From NCBI GenBank assembly GCA_028710695.1, contig JAQTTP010000002.1, positions 60,001 to 92,000 of the forward strand: a stretch of DNA of 32,000 bases. Reading direction: 5' to 3'. Each line of letters begins with the position of its first letter. Positions within the stretch are counted from its first letter, which is position 1. Both the position numbers and the translations under genes were made by a program. Shown piece by piece: positions 21,459 through 29,877 of the stretch. The stretch comes from Candidatus Iainarchaeum sp. (GTDB taxonomy: Archaea; Iainarchaeota; Iainarchaeia; Iainarchaeales; 0-14-0-20-30-16). The notes beneath the pieces are model-generated. The model saw only the letters and a list, made by a program, of their open reading frames with translations, did no database searches and was not told the DNA's origin.

Positions 21459-21559
21459 AAAACCACCACAATCACAAATTATTCATAAAATACTAGTATA
21501 TTTAACAATAAAAAGTATTTATAGGTTTGTAACAAACAAAGTAAAGGAAAAGCAAGGGA

Positions 21560-22786
21560 TTATAACCTATATATTGCCTCTGCCAATTTCTTAGAATCAT
21601 GCCTTATAGCCACTCTGTCATTTATTAAATCTGCACAAATGTATTTTTTATCTTGAGTTTGTAAAGGTTCAACAAAGAATTTCTTTTCTGCAGCATAATT
21701 CTTTAGCTTATCCCCAGATACTTTTGTGTTGTTCATCAAAATGTAATCCGGATCAAAATATTTCTTTATTCCTGCAATAAAATCTAATGCTTTAAAACCA
21801 TGAGTTTCTGGGTATTGAGTCATAACATTCATCACATAAACTTTCTTTGCTTTTGACTTCTTTATCTCTTTTACAATATCATTAACCAACAGATTTGGAA
21901 TTACACTTGAATATAAACTTCCAGGCCCAACAACAATTAAATCCGCGTCCTTTATTGCTTCTTTTACTTTTGGATTTAGTTTTGCTTCTTGGTTCAAAAA
22001 AATGTCTTTTATATTCAACCCTTTTGTATCAATTTCGTGCTCTCCAAAATATTTTTGGCCGTCTTTTGAAATTGCAATTACTTCCACATTATCAAGAGTC
22101 ACAGGGAGAACTTTTCCCCTACATCTTAGCAAAGTTTGCATAGTTTCTATTGCTGTCTCAAAATCAGAGTCTTGTGCTAATCTAGTTAATAACAAATTCC
22201 CAATTGTATGCCCTTGCAAAGAAGTATTTTTTCCAAATCTTTTATTAAAAATCATCCTTAAGTCATCCTTAAATGGACTTAAAGCAATAATACAATTTCT
22301 CAAATCCCCCGGTGGCAAAACTCCAAATTCTGTTTTTAATAATTGTGATGATCCTGCAGAATCCATCGTAGTAACAACTGCAGTTATATTGGATGTATGC
22401 TCTTTCAATCCATTCAATAAAGTATATTGTCCTGTTCCCCCGCCAATAGTAACTATTTTTTTACCCTTACTTAATGTAGAGTCTAAATACACATTTTCAA
22501 ATAAGTCTTTATTTGCATTTGAAAAGAATTTGTAAATTTTATATATTGAAAATAAAATTATGATTCCTGCAAGAATAATTAATATTACTGCAATAAATGC
22601 TCTTGCAGAAACATTCAAATCAAGTAAGGCATTAAATTTAGACAAAATTATTGTAGATAGTTTGTTAAAATAAGTCAAGAACCCAATAAAAAATGCAATA
22701 AATACTAAAATCATGCTAAGAACAATACCTATAATCCACAATTTGAGATTAGAAGTTAAAAATAAAGCTTTATTTAACCGATTCAT
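21560..22786 (-). CDS. CofD/YvcK-family (UPF0052) protein with N-terminal two-helix membrane anchor
   Basis: KIVTIGGGTGQYTLLNGLKEH..NITAVVTTMDSAGSSQLLKTEFGVLPPGDLRNCIIAL and VVGPGSLYSSVIPNL are family hallmarks. Two long hydrophobic helices precede the domain. The track ORF extends to 22927 and overlaps the thrS start. I use the ATG at 22786 (MNRLNK...). Start uncertain. Confidence 0.75.
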   Translation of the reverse strand: MNRLNKALFLTSNLKLWIIGIVLSMILVFIAFFIGFLTYFNKLSTIILSKFNALLDLNVSARAFIAVILIILAGIIILFSIYKIYKFFSNANKDLFENVYLDSTLSKGKKIVTIGGGTGQYTLLNGLKEHTSNITAVVTTMDSAGSSQLLKTEFGVLPPGDLRNCIIALSPFKDDLRMIFNKRFGKNTSLQGHTIGNLLLTRLAQDSDFETAIETMQTLLRCRGKVLPVTLDNVEVIAISKDGQKYFGEHEIDTKGLNIKDIFLNQEAKLNPKVKEAIKDADLIVVGPGSLYSSVIPNLLVNDIVKEIKKSKAKKVYVMNVMTQYPETHGFKALDFIAGIKKYFDPDYILMNNTKVSGDKLKNYAAEKKFFVEPLQTQDKKYICADLINDRVAIRHDSKKLAEAIYRL

Positions 22787-22855
22787 AGAAAATATTAGAC
22801 CTTTAAGATTATAAATTATTCCTATTATCTTATATTTATAAATGGAGGAATAGCT

Positions 22856-24631
22856 ATGGATGTAATCGAAAAAGTGAACTTTGCCAATGAAAAAGATAAA
22901 GAGGTCTATTGGCACACAACTGCACACATACTGGCTGCTGCAGTAAAGAGGTTATATCCAACCACAACCATAGCTATAGGTCCAGCAATAGAAAATGGAT
23001 TCTATTATGATTTTGACAATCTAAACATCATTGAAGAAGATCTAAAAAAAATTGAGGAAGAAATGTCAAAAATAATCAAAGAAAAACTTCCAATGAAAAA
23101 AGAAGTTGTAAGCAAAAAAAAGGCATTAGAAGTCTTCAAAAAAGAAATTTACAAAACAGAACTTATTAACGATTTACCAAAAGATGAAGAAATTTCTTTA
23201 TACCATCTTGGAAAAGAATTTACAGATCTTTGTAGAGGCCCACATCTAGCAAATACAGGAATGATTGGAGAAGTAAAACTTCTTAGCATTGCGGGAGCAT
23301 ACTGGAGAGGAGACGAAAAAAATAAAATGCTAACAAGACTTTATGGAATAAGTTTCCCTGATAAAAAGCAGCTAAGAGTTTATTTAGAATTATTAGAAGA
23401 AGCAAAAAGAAGGGATCACAGAAAACTAGGAAAGAAATTAGATTTATTTGTGTTCTCTGAACTTGTAGGCCCAGGATTACCATTATGGACTCCGACAGGA
23501 AATATTTTCAGAAATGAAATAATTAATTTTTCAAGAGAATTACAAAATGCAATTGGATATCAAGAAGTTCATACTCCACAGATCACAAAAGCAGAATTGT
23601 TTAAAATTTCTGGGCATTACAACAAATATAAGGATGACATGTTTAAAGTAATTTCAAACTACTCTAAAGATGAATACTTCTTGAAACCTATGAATTGCCC
23701 AAACCACACACAAATTTATGCGTCGTTACCAAGAAGCTACAAAGACTTGCCTATAAGATATGCAGATTTTGCAATGCTTTACAGAGATGAAAAACCTGGT
23801 GAACTTTCAGGATTAGCAAGAGTAAGAAGTTTCTCACAAGACGATGGTCACTGCTTTTGTACTCCAGAGCAGATGAAAGAAGAGTTCTTGAATGTTCTAA
23901 AATGTATAAACGCGGCTCTAAAAGTTTATGGATTAAACTATTATGTTAGACTATCCTTAAGAGATGAAAATGCAAAAGAAAAATATTTAGGAAATGATGA
24001 AATCTGGAACAAATCCCAAAAAGCATTAAAAGATCTATTAAAATCAGAAAAGATCTCCTTTGTTGAAGCCCCTGGAGAGGCAGCATTCTACGGCCCAAAG
24101 ATGGATATAATGGCTAAAGATGCTTTGAACAGAGAATGGCAGATTTCCACAATTCAGTTAGATATGAACTTGCCTGAGAGATTTGAACTTAAATACACAG
24201 ACAAAGATAATACTGAAAAAAGGCCAATTATGATACATAGGGCATTAATTGGAAGCCCAGAAAGATTTGGTGCAGTTCTTATTGAGCACTTTGCAGGGAA
24301 GTTCCCTTTGTGGCTAAACCCAAGGCAGATTCTTGTAGTTCCTGTTGCAGAGAACTTCAACAAATATGCACAAGAAGTTTGTGATTCTTTGAAAGCTTAT
24401 GGCCTAAGAGTAGACATTGATCTAAGAGAAATAACAATGAACAAAAAGATCAGAGATGGAGAGATGCTTTACTACAACTACATTTTAGTTGTTGGAGAAA
24501 AAGAAGCAAGCACAAAGAGTGTAAATGCAAGAATCAGAGATACAAAAACACAAAAGACTCTAACTACACAAAATTTTAAAGAAAAGGCATTGGTAGAATA
24601 CAAAAAGAGAGAACTAAAAAGTTCTCTTTAA
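22856..24631 (+). CDS. thrS: Threonyl-tRNA synthetase, bacterial-type editing domain, no TGS domain
   Basis: WHTTAHILAAAV and CRGPH (N2 editing/SAD domain). MNCPNHTQIY (Zn site). RVRSFSQDDGHCF and HRALIGSPERF (class II core). GGAGGA SD 7 nt upstream. An in-frame TAG at 22796-22798 excludes a longer N-terminus. Confidence 0.92.
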   Translation: MDVIEKVNFANEKDKEVYWHTTAHILAAAVKRLYPTTTIAIGPAIENGFYYDFDNLNIIEEDLKKIEEEMSKIIKEKLPMKKEVVSKKKALEVFKKEIYKTELINDLPKDEEISLYHLGKEFTDLCRGPHLANTGMIGEVKLLSIAGAYWRGDEKNKMLTRLYGISFPDKKQLRVYLELLEEAKRRDHRKLGKKLDLFVFSELVGPGLPLWTPTGNIFRNEIINFSRELQNAIGYQEVHTPQITKAELFKISGHYNKYKDDMFKVISNYSKDEYFLKPMNCPNHTQIYASLPRSYKDLPIRYADFAMLYRDEKPGELSGLARVRSFSQDDGHCFCTPEQMKEEFLNVLKCINAALKVYGLNYYVRLSLRDENAKEKYLGNDEIWNKSQKALKDLLKSEKISFVEAPGEAAFYGPKMDIMAKDALNREWQISTIQLDMNLPERFELKYTDKDNTEKRPIMIHRALIGSPERFGAVLIEHFAGKFPLWLNPRQILVVPVAENFNKYAQEVCDSLKAYGLRVDIDLREITMNKKIRDGEMLYYNYILVVGEKEASTKSVNARIRDTKTQKTLTTQNFKEKALVEYKKRELKSSL

Positions 24632-24653
24632 TTTTCTTTTTTTATTAATTATT
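24632..24653 (+). terminator. Oligo-T tract between convergent thrS and the 241-aa gene
   Basis: The plus strand reads TTTTCTTTTTTTATTAATTATT immediately after the thrS stop. Confidence 0.4.
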
Positions 24654-25379
24654 TTATACTTTAATTCTATATACTCTGAGTCGCCCGCTTTGTGGATCTA
24701 TTGCTTCAAATGAGTGATATTTCTCAACATTTGCCTTGGGGTCGACATTTTTATTAATTAAAGCTACTCGGTCGCCACCTACTATTGGTATAACCCTTGC
24801 CCCATATTTCTCAAGAACAGGTTCAAAATCTTTTTTAAGAACTGTAATGGCTGACTGTGGATTTTTTCTTTTTGCGGTATAACTTCTAATTGTTCTATCA
24901 AGTAATTTTAAGGCAAGACCTCTATGTCGAAGATTTTGGTCTCTAACTTCTAGGTGAAGGCCTTGGTCTTTATCAATCCAGCAAAAAGCAACCCAAGTTT
25001 CTGTAGGCTGTTCTAATGGGTGGTTTTTCACAAAATGATTTACTTTAAGCACCTGTGCTAGCCCATGATCTGTAGGCGATAATCCGCCTCTTAACACAAA
25101 CAAGCCCCCTTCAGGAGAAGCATAAACCCCTTGAAGATTCATAGGAAGAGGATGAAGTTTATCTTCACGTAGAGGAATTTCAATTTTTTCTCCATTATGA
25201 TAAAAAGGGGCAAATCCACGAGCAACAGCTTCTTTAACTTCTGCCCTTGAAGCAATTTGCAAAGGAGTAAGCATTTCTTTTTTTCCGACTCTAGTCCGCA
25301 CTATATTTCTTCTTTCCAAACGCCTTCGCAATGACATAATTCTTTCTTCTGGTTTTGCTCTTGTACGAATGTATTGCAT
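24654..25379 (-). CDS. Hypothetical protein with GNAT-like acetyltransferase motif
   Basis: WVAFCWIDKDQGLHLEVRDQNLRHRGLALKLLDRTIRSY resembles GNAT motif A (beta4-alpha3 with R-x-x-G-x-A). Basic N-terminus. R/H/G/P-rich composition unlike neighbouring genes. No SD, with A/T-rich upstream sequence. Confidence 0.55.
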   Translation of the reverse strand: MQYIRTRAKPEERIMSLRRRLERRNIVRTRVGKKEMLTPLQIASRAEVKEAVARGFAPFYHNGEKIEIPLREDKLHPLPMNLQGVYASPEGGLFVLRGGLSPTDHGLAQVLKVNHFVKNHPLEQPTETWVAFCWIDKDQGLHLEVRDQNLRHRGLALKLLDRTIRSYTAKRKNPQSAITVLKKDFEPVLEKYGARVIPIVGGDRVALINKNVDPKANVEKYHSFEAIDPQSGRLRVYRIKV

Positions 25380-25427
25380 TAAAAAATAAAAAGAGAAAAA
25401 GAATAAAAAGACATTAGAATTTTAATT

Positions 25428-25628
25428 TTATTTTTTAGGTTCTAATCTTTTCTTATTAGTGAAATACAATACAACATAAATAATTACTACTGCCACAATT
25501 GGAACTACAATATAATACCACAATGGCTGGAATGCTTTACCTCTCCAGATGTTATCTGCCACTATTTGCACATAAGAACCAACTAGTGCAATAAAACAAG
25601 ATAAATATACAAGCTCAGCTTTGTTCAT
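25428..25628 (-). CDS. Small two-helix membrane protein
   Basis: 66 aa with two hydrophobic helices (LVYLSCFIALVGSYVQIV, WYYIVVPIVAVVIIYVVLYF) and a basic tail. GAGGTGA SD upstream. Confidence 0.55.
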   Translation of the reverse strand: MNKAELVYLSCFIALVGSYVQIVADNIWRGKAFQPLWYYIVVPIVAVVIIYVVLYFTNKKRLEPKK

Positions 25629-25712
25629 ACTTTTTCACCTCTACTGTGTATAATAGCAAAAGCAGATATTTATTTGTTTTGGTCTGGAAGAAATACAAAA
25701 AAAAGTCAAAGA

Positions 25713-26546
25713 TTATTCAACCGCTCCATGAGTTCTATAAAGGTGATCATTATATTTCATACTTAATGCCTGGTATCGGTGTATTGCATCATGAATATCA
25801 TCTGGTTTTATTCCTAACTCTTTTGCAATAGACTCGGGAGAAAAATTAGTTCTGTGAGAATTATTTAATGCAAGCATTATTGCCAAATCTTTTTCTAATA
25901 TCCGCCTGTCTGCGTGACCTAAAGAAAGGCCATAAAAACGGAAAGGCCCTGAATCAACAGCCTCTGAATTACAGCCATATACTTGTTTATAAATATCAAA
26001 TACTTGTTCTAAATTATTTCGGAAATAGGCTTTTTGCACGCCAATATCAATTAAACCATGACGGGTCTGCAAAAGAGATTTTAATATTGTTATATATCCT
26101 ATAAATCCAGAATATATTTGAACAGCTTCAAAACTAACATACGCCCCCACATTTCTTATATGTGGAATTTCGTGCGCAGGGGAATGTAATGTAGGAAAAG
26201 TTTGTGGGCCTTTAGCATATTCTCTCATTAAATCTGTATGTATCACTTGAAATCCCATTCTTTGTAACTCTGCAGAAAAATGGCCTCCAAATCCAGCAAG
26301 AACTACAAGACGGGTCTTAGGAATTTCGGCTCTAGGAATATTAAAATGATTAAGTAATCCTACACGCAGTTCACGTGCATGGCCTTCAAAATCAAATCTA
26401 AAAGAATGAGTACACAAATGAGGCATTCGAGGGTTAGAAAGTACCCATGCTTTTTTTAAGCCGCTTATATGGCCGCCAATATTATTTCTTATACTCGCAG
26501 AATAATCTTTTATTTCTGCATGAGTATATCTTGGTTTTTCAAACAT
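25713..26546 (-). CDS. Hypothetical protein, possible Rossmann-fold methyltransferase-like core
   Basis: RLVVLAGFGGHFSAELQRMGFQVIHTDL resembles motif I plus the acidic post-I residue of class I SAM methyltransferases. VGAYVSFEAVQIY could be motif II/III. Weak, by eye. A TATA-like box about 21 nt before the ATG suggests a leaderless transcript. Confidence 0.5.
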   Translation of the reverse strand: MFEKPRYTHAEIKDYSASIRNNIGGHISGLKKAWVLSNPRMPHLCTHSFRFDFEGHARELRVGLLNHFNIPRAEIPKTRLVVLAGFGGHFSAELQRMGFQVIHTDLMREYAKGPQTFPTLHSPAHEIPHIRNVGAYVSFEAVQIYSGFIGYITILKSLLQTRHGLIDIGVQKAYFRNNLEQVFDIYKQVYGCNSEAVDSGPFRFYGLSLGHADRRILEKDLAIMLALNNSHRTNFSPESIAKELGIKPDDIHDAIHRYQALSMKYNDHLYRTHGAVE

Positions 26547-26592
26547 AATAAATATAAAAAGAAAAAATATAAAAAGAAGAGAGTAGAGAAAT

Positions 26593-26814
26593 CTACTCTA
26601 TAAGTTCACCTAATTCTACTGTGTCGTTTGCATCTGCAGAGATTAATACATCATCTACTGTAGAAAGGGCTTCTGTTTCGTCATACTCTGCTTGTCCACT
26701 CAAAGTATCGGAGGTATCTTTTGTTGTGCTGTCTTTGCTCAAAGTAACACCAAGGATTACTCCAACCACTACAAGTACAACAAGGACTACTAATATCGTA
26801 AGGCTCGCTTTCAT
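26593..26814 (-). CDS. Small signal-anchored protein with acidic Ser/Thr/Asp-rich tail
   Basis: MKASLTILVVLVVLVVVGVILGV hydrophobic anchor followed by an acidic tail. ATGA overlap with the upstream gene implies translational coupling. Confidence 0.6.
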   Translation of the reverse strand: MKASLTILVVLVVLVVVGVILGVTLSKDSTTKDTSDTLSGQAEYDETEALSTVDDVLISADANDTVELGELIE

Positions 26815-27851
26815 TCAGAACCACCCTCCATATTTGAATCTCCAGATCCAACGGAACCATTGGAATCTTCAACGCTATTACTGTCTTCGTCTGAATCTTC
26901 TATTTCTACTTCTACATTTGAGTCTATACTATTACTATCATCAGAAGAGTCGCCTATTTCCATATTTGAGTCTTCTACAGCGTTACTGTCTTCTGTTGAA
27001 TCTGACTCTTCATCATCTTTTCCAAGCCATTTTTCTAACTTGTTTTCTATTTTATTTTTTATTTCTTCTTTCTTTTGCTCAATCTTTTGTTCTAATTCTT
27101 TTTTCAGTTCTTCTTTCTTTTCTTCTATTTTTTGCTTTATTTCTTCTTTTTTGGTTTCTATTTTTTCCTTAATCTCTTTTTTTACTTTCTCTTTATATGT
27201 TTGCCCTTTTGCTTTTACTTCTTTTATTTTCCACATTAATTCTTTTTTCAAATCTTTCTCAAGACCGCCGAACATCTTTGCAATCTCGCTTCTCATTTCA
27301 CCATATGTTGCAGTGCCCGCAGCAATTTCATCTAAAAGACTTTGGTTCTTTATTTCCAAATCCGCAAATAATTTGGATGCTACTTCATAGTTATATTTAT
27401 TTTTATGTTCTTTTATTTCTGCATCTAATTCATCTAATTCTGTTGTGTCTACTTCTTTAAATGCATCTTTAATTGCTTCTTTTTCATCAGAGTTTAAATC
27501 CTTTACATATGTTTTAAACTCTTGTTTCAATTCTAATGCTTTTTCTTTGAATGCAAGGAAATCTTTAACCAAAAACTCTGGCTCTTTTCCATTTACATCA
27601 TATGCAGATACTTCTTCTTTCAAGGCTTTATATTCTGCAATTATTGATGTTGCGTTTTCATCCAGGTATGGCAAGGCCAATTCGCCTATTGCTATTTGTT
27701 TTTCCATTGCTTTTTCTAGCTGTAGCATTCTTACTTCAGCACCATTTGTATTTGTAAAGTTTGTATAAATTTTATCTTCACTAAATGCAAATGATGGTAT
27801 TGCTAATGCTACTACAAAAACCATTGCTAATAATATTGCTTTGTAGTTCAT
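26811..27851 (-). CDS. Secreted helical Lys/Glu-rich protein with C-terminal (E/D)DSN repeats
   Basis: Signal peptide MNYKAILLAMVFVVALAIPSFA-FSE from the ATG at 27851, which has GGAGGTGG 7 nt upstream (the track start at 27872 would bury this SD). Long K/E-rich helical region. C-terminal repeats: TEDSN, VEDSN, SDDSN, SIDSN, DEDSN, VEDSN, SGDSN. Confidence 0.7.
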   Translation of the reverse strand: MNYKAILLAMVFVVALAIPSFAFSEDKIYTNFTNTNGAEVRMLQLEKAMEKQIAIGELALPYLDENATSIIAEYKALKEEVSAYDVNGKEPEFLVKDFLAFKEKALELKQEFKTYVKDLNSDEKEAIKDAFKEVDTTELDELDAEIKEHKNKYNYEVASKLFADLEIKNQSLLDEIAAGTATYGEMRSEIAKMFGGLEKDLKKELMWKIKEVKAKGQTYKEKVKKEIKEKIETKKEEIKQKIEEKKEELKKELEQKIEQKKEEIKNKIENKLEKWLGKDDEESDSTEDSNAVEDSNMEIGDSSDDSNSIDSNVEVEIEDSDEDSNSVEDSNGSVGSGDSNMEGGSE

Positions 27852-27902
27852 CTTGAACCACCTCCATAACATACTCTCGGCGGAACTAAATATATGCCTT
27901 CT

Positions 27903-27932
27903 CCGGAATCACCCGGAACAAGGTGGAACAAG
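27903..27932 (-). promoter_or_regulatory. Three 10-bp-phased GGAA(C/T) repeats (candidate operator) in the leader of the 26811-27851 gene
   Basis: The plus strand reads CCGGAATCAC CCGGAACAAG GTGGAACAAG, with GGAACAAG exact at 27915-22 and 27925-32. A further CGGAAC lies at 27881-86. The repeats sit downstream of a CCTATAATG box on the minus strand and directly after the wHTH gene. Confidence 0.45.
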
Positions 27933-28039
27933 AAGCATTATAGGACAAGATAAGCAGTAGTTAGGCAGTTTAAAAGCAAAAAGGAAGACAAAACACACCA
28001 ATACAAAGAATATCAGGTTAAACTTTGGCCCTTACAAGC

Positions 28040-28738
28040 TTATTCTTGTAGTACAATAACATTAGACAAGCCCTTGCTTGATTTCTTAATAAGTCCTTTC
28101 TTCTCTAAACTCAAAAGGTTTCTAGATAACGAAGATTTTGGCAGTCCAAGTTCTTGTTGAATCTTATGTTGAGTTATTTGGCCTTTGTTCTTTTTTATCA
28201 GATCCAAGATTTGTTTTTCCCTATCTGTTAAGAAAACTTTTGGCTTTACTTCTTTTTGTGCTGGCTTCGTTCTATATTTTTTATATCCAACATAGCCAAC
28301 AATAGACAAAAGAACTAAAGCACCCACAAGATATGTCCACCAATATGATTTCGAAGCTGAGCTAAAAGAAGAGTATTGTAACTTCATATTCAATTTTGAG
28401 TTTTCTCCAAACCCAGATATTATTATTCTATTGTCTTGTTTTATTTTTTGAAACCCAGAAATATTTAAATAGTTTATTTCTGTATTTTCAGGCATTCTTA
28501 ATTCAAAAACATAAGACAAAAATATTTCATTAGAATCAAAGTTGAATATCCACAAGCCACCATTCTTTGAAGTTAAGTTTGAATTAAGCCCATTTTGTAA
28601 ATCTGGATAATCAGAATATCCTGAAATCAAAACATCACCATTGCTTTGTACATCAAAGATAACATCTGCATAATAAGAAAAAGAAAAGCTTGTCAATAAT
28701 AAAATAAACAATACAAATAACTTTTTCATAAAAATCAT
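28040..28738 (-). CDS. Membrane-tethered winged-helix transcription regulator (signal peptide, extracytoplasmic domain, TM, cytoplasmic wHTH)
   Basis: MKKLFVLFILLLTSFSFS signal, ~120-aa beta-rich ectodomain, TM WWTYLVGALVLLSIVGYVGY, then LTDREKQILDLIKKNKGQITQHKIQQELGLPKSSLSRNLLSLEKKGLIKK (MarR/TrmB-like wHTH). ATGA overlap with the upstream gene. Confidence 0.7.
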   Translation of the reverse strand: MIFMKKLFVLFILLLTSFSFSYYADVIFDVQSNGDVLISGYSDYPDLQNGLNSNLTSKNGGLWIFNFDSNEIFLSYVFELRMPENTEINYLNISGFQKIKQDNRIIISGFGENSKLNMKLQYSSFSSASKSYWWTYLVGALVLLSIVGYVGYKKYRTKPAQKEVKPKVFLTDREKQILDLIKKNKGQITQHKIQQELGLPKSSLSRNLLSLEKKGLIKKSSKGLSNVIVLQE

Positions 28739-29874
28739 TTTTGTTTTTCCAGTATAGAATCTATTTCTTGCTCTAAAGTTATAAACATATCATAAATAGA
28801 TTCATATCCCTTCCAGCCATTTTGATAAAGATAATAATCATTATCCGTTATTATCTGTTTTATGTAAGATACACTTTCTGGAAAATATTCTCCCTCAACA
28901 TAGTATTCAACATTAAAGGTTGTGGAACCATATTTCATCCTTCCCAAATACTGGCCTGTTTGAGGTTCCACTAATTCTGCCAGATTTAATTTTTCTAGAT
29001 CTAAAAGAGATTCAATTTTTTCTTTTGAAAAAGCAATTACACAATGTCCACCAAAAACATCAGCTTTGTTTGGATCTTTTAAAACACCGCAAACAATATT
29101 AGGATAAATATACCCTGCAATAAGATTGTGTTTTTTTGCATTTGCATAATACCAGGAGTTAGAATTGTCTAAAAAATAATTACCTGAATCAGAAGTTACA
29201 AATGCTTCAACTTTTATTTCTTTTCCAGAACATTTTTCCAGAAGATAATTTATTTCTGCTTTAAACAAAAGAGAAAAATCTTCACAATCTCCACCCTTAT
29301 TCTCTAAAAATTCATCAATAGAAATGAACTTATCAGTTTTTCCCAAGGTAGTATCATCTTTGTATTCCAAACCCATAAATTGCTCATTAACTAAATCTAA
29401 ACACGGCTCCGCAATAGTACAATAACCCGCAGTTGAAGAAATGCATTTTGAATCAAGTTTAGATTTTATTGATTTGCTTTCAAGAGTTGCATTTTCTTTA
29501 AACCAATCCAAAGAGCTTTGTACCTCAATCTTATACCCATTTAGTTCTTCTTTTGCAGAATAAAGCTTATCAGTTAATTCCGCAGATATATCAAGAGCTT
29601 TATTATATTCTAAGTTCAGAGACTTATATTCTTCTACCAGTTCATAATATTTTGTTTGTAGCTCAGAATATTGTGCCAATAATTCTGCATATTGTGTAGA
29701 AAGAGCATTAAAATCCCCTACTAGAGAGTTATACTTAAATTCAAGAAGATTATAATTGCCTACTAAAACATCATAATCAGATGATTTTAAAGAATACAGA
29801 ATTGCAAAAAAGGCAATTAATAATATTGTAACTGCAAACATTACTGGAATTAATATTTTAAGATATTTTTTCAT
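28735..29874 (-). CDS. Membrane-anchored extracytoplasmic transglutaminase-like protein with aromatic-heptad stalk
   Basis: N-terminal TM ILIPVMFAVTILLIAFFAILY. Heptad stalk at residues 34-94. Cys motif GGDCEDFSLLFKAEINYLL and His motif GGHCVIAF. Starts 3 nt after the stop of the upstream gene. Confidence 0.6.
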   Translation of the reverse strand: MKKYLKILIPVMFAVTILLIAFFAILYSLKSSDYDVLVGNYNLLEFKYNSLVGDFNALSTQYAELLAQYSELQTKYYELVEEYKSLNLEYNKALDISAELTDKLYSAKEELNGYKIEVQSSLDWFKENATLESKSIKSKLDSKCISSTAGYCTIAEPCLDLVNEQFMGLEYKDDTTLGKTDKFISIDEFLENKGGDCEDFSLLFKAEINYLLEKCSGKEIKVEAFVTSDSGNYFLDNSNSWYYANAKKHNLIAGYIYPNIVCGVLKDPNKADVFGGHCVIAFSKEKIESLLDLEKLNLAELVEPQTGQYLGRMKYGSTTFNVEYYVEGEYFPESVSYIKQIITDNDYYLYQNGWKGYESIYDMFITLEQEIDSILEKQK

Positions 29875-29877
29875 AGT

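Noticed and set aside
21895-22535. 82-aa and 177-aa plus-strand ORFs
   Set aside because: Antisense to the CofD/YvcK-family gene, whose motifs are unambiguous.
22787-22927. N-terminal 47-codon extension of the CofD/YvcK-like ORF
   Set aside because: The extension would run through the thrS promoter, SD and start on the other strand. It encodes Cys/Phe/Ile-rich sequence. The internal ATG at 22786 gives a sensible divergent spacer.
26621-27768. Four plus-strand ORFs of 87-183 aa
   Set aside because: Antisense to the Lys/Glu-rich repeat gene. AAG/GAA-rich sense codons read as CTT/TTC (Leu/Phe/Ser) on the opposite strand, giving stop-free artefacts.
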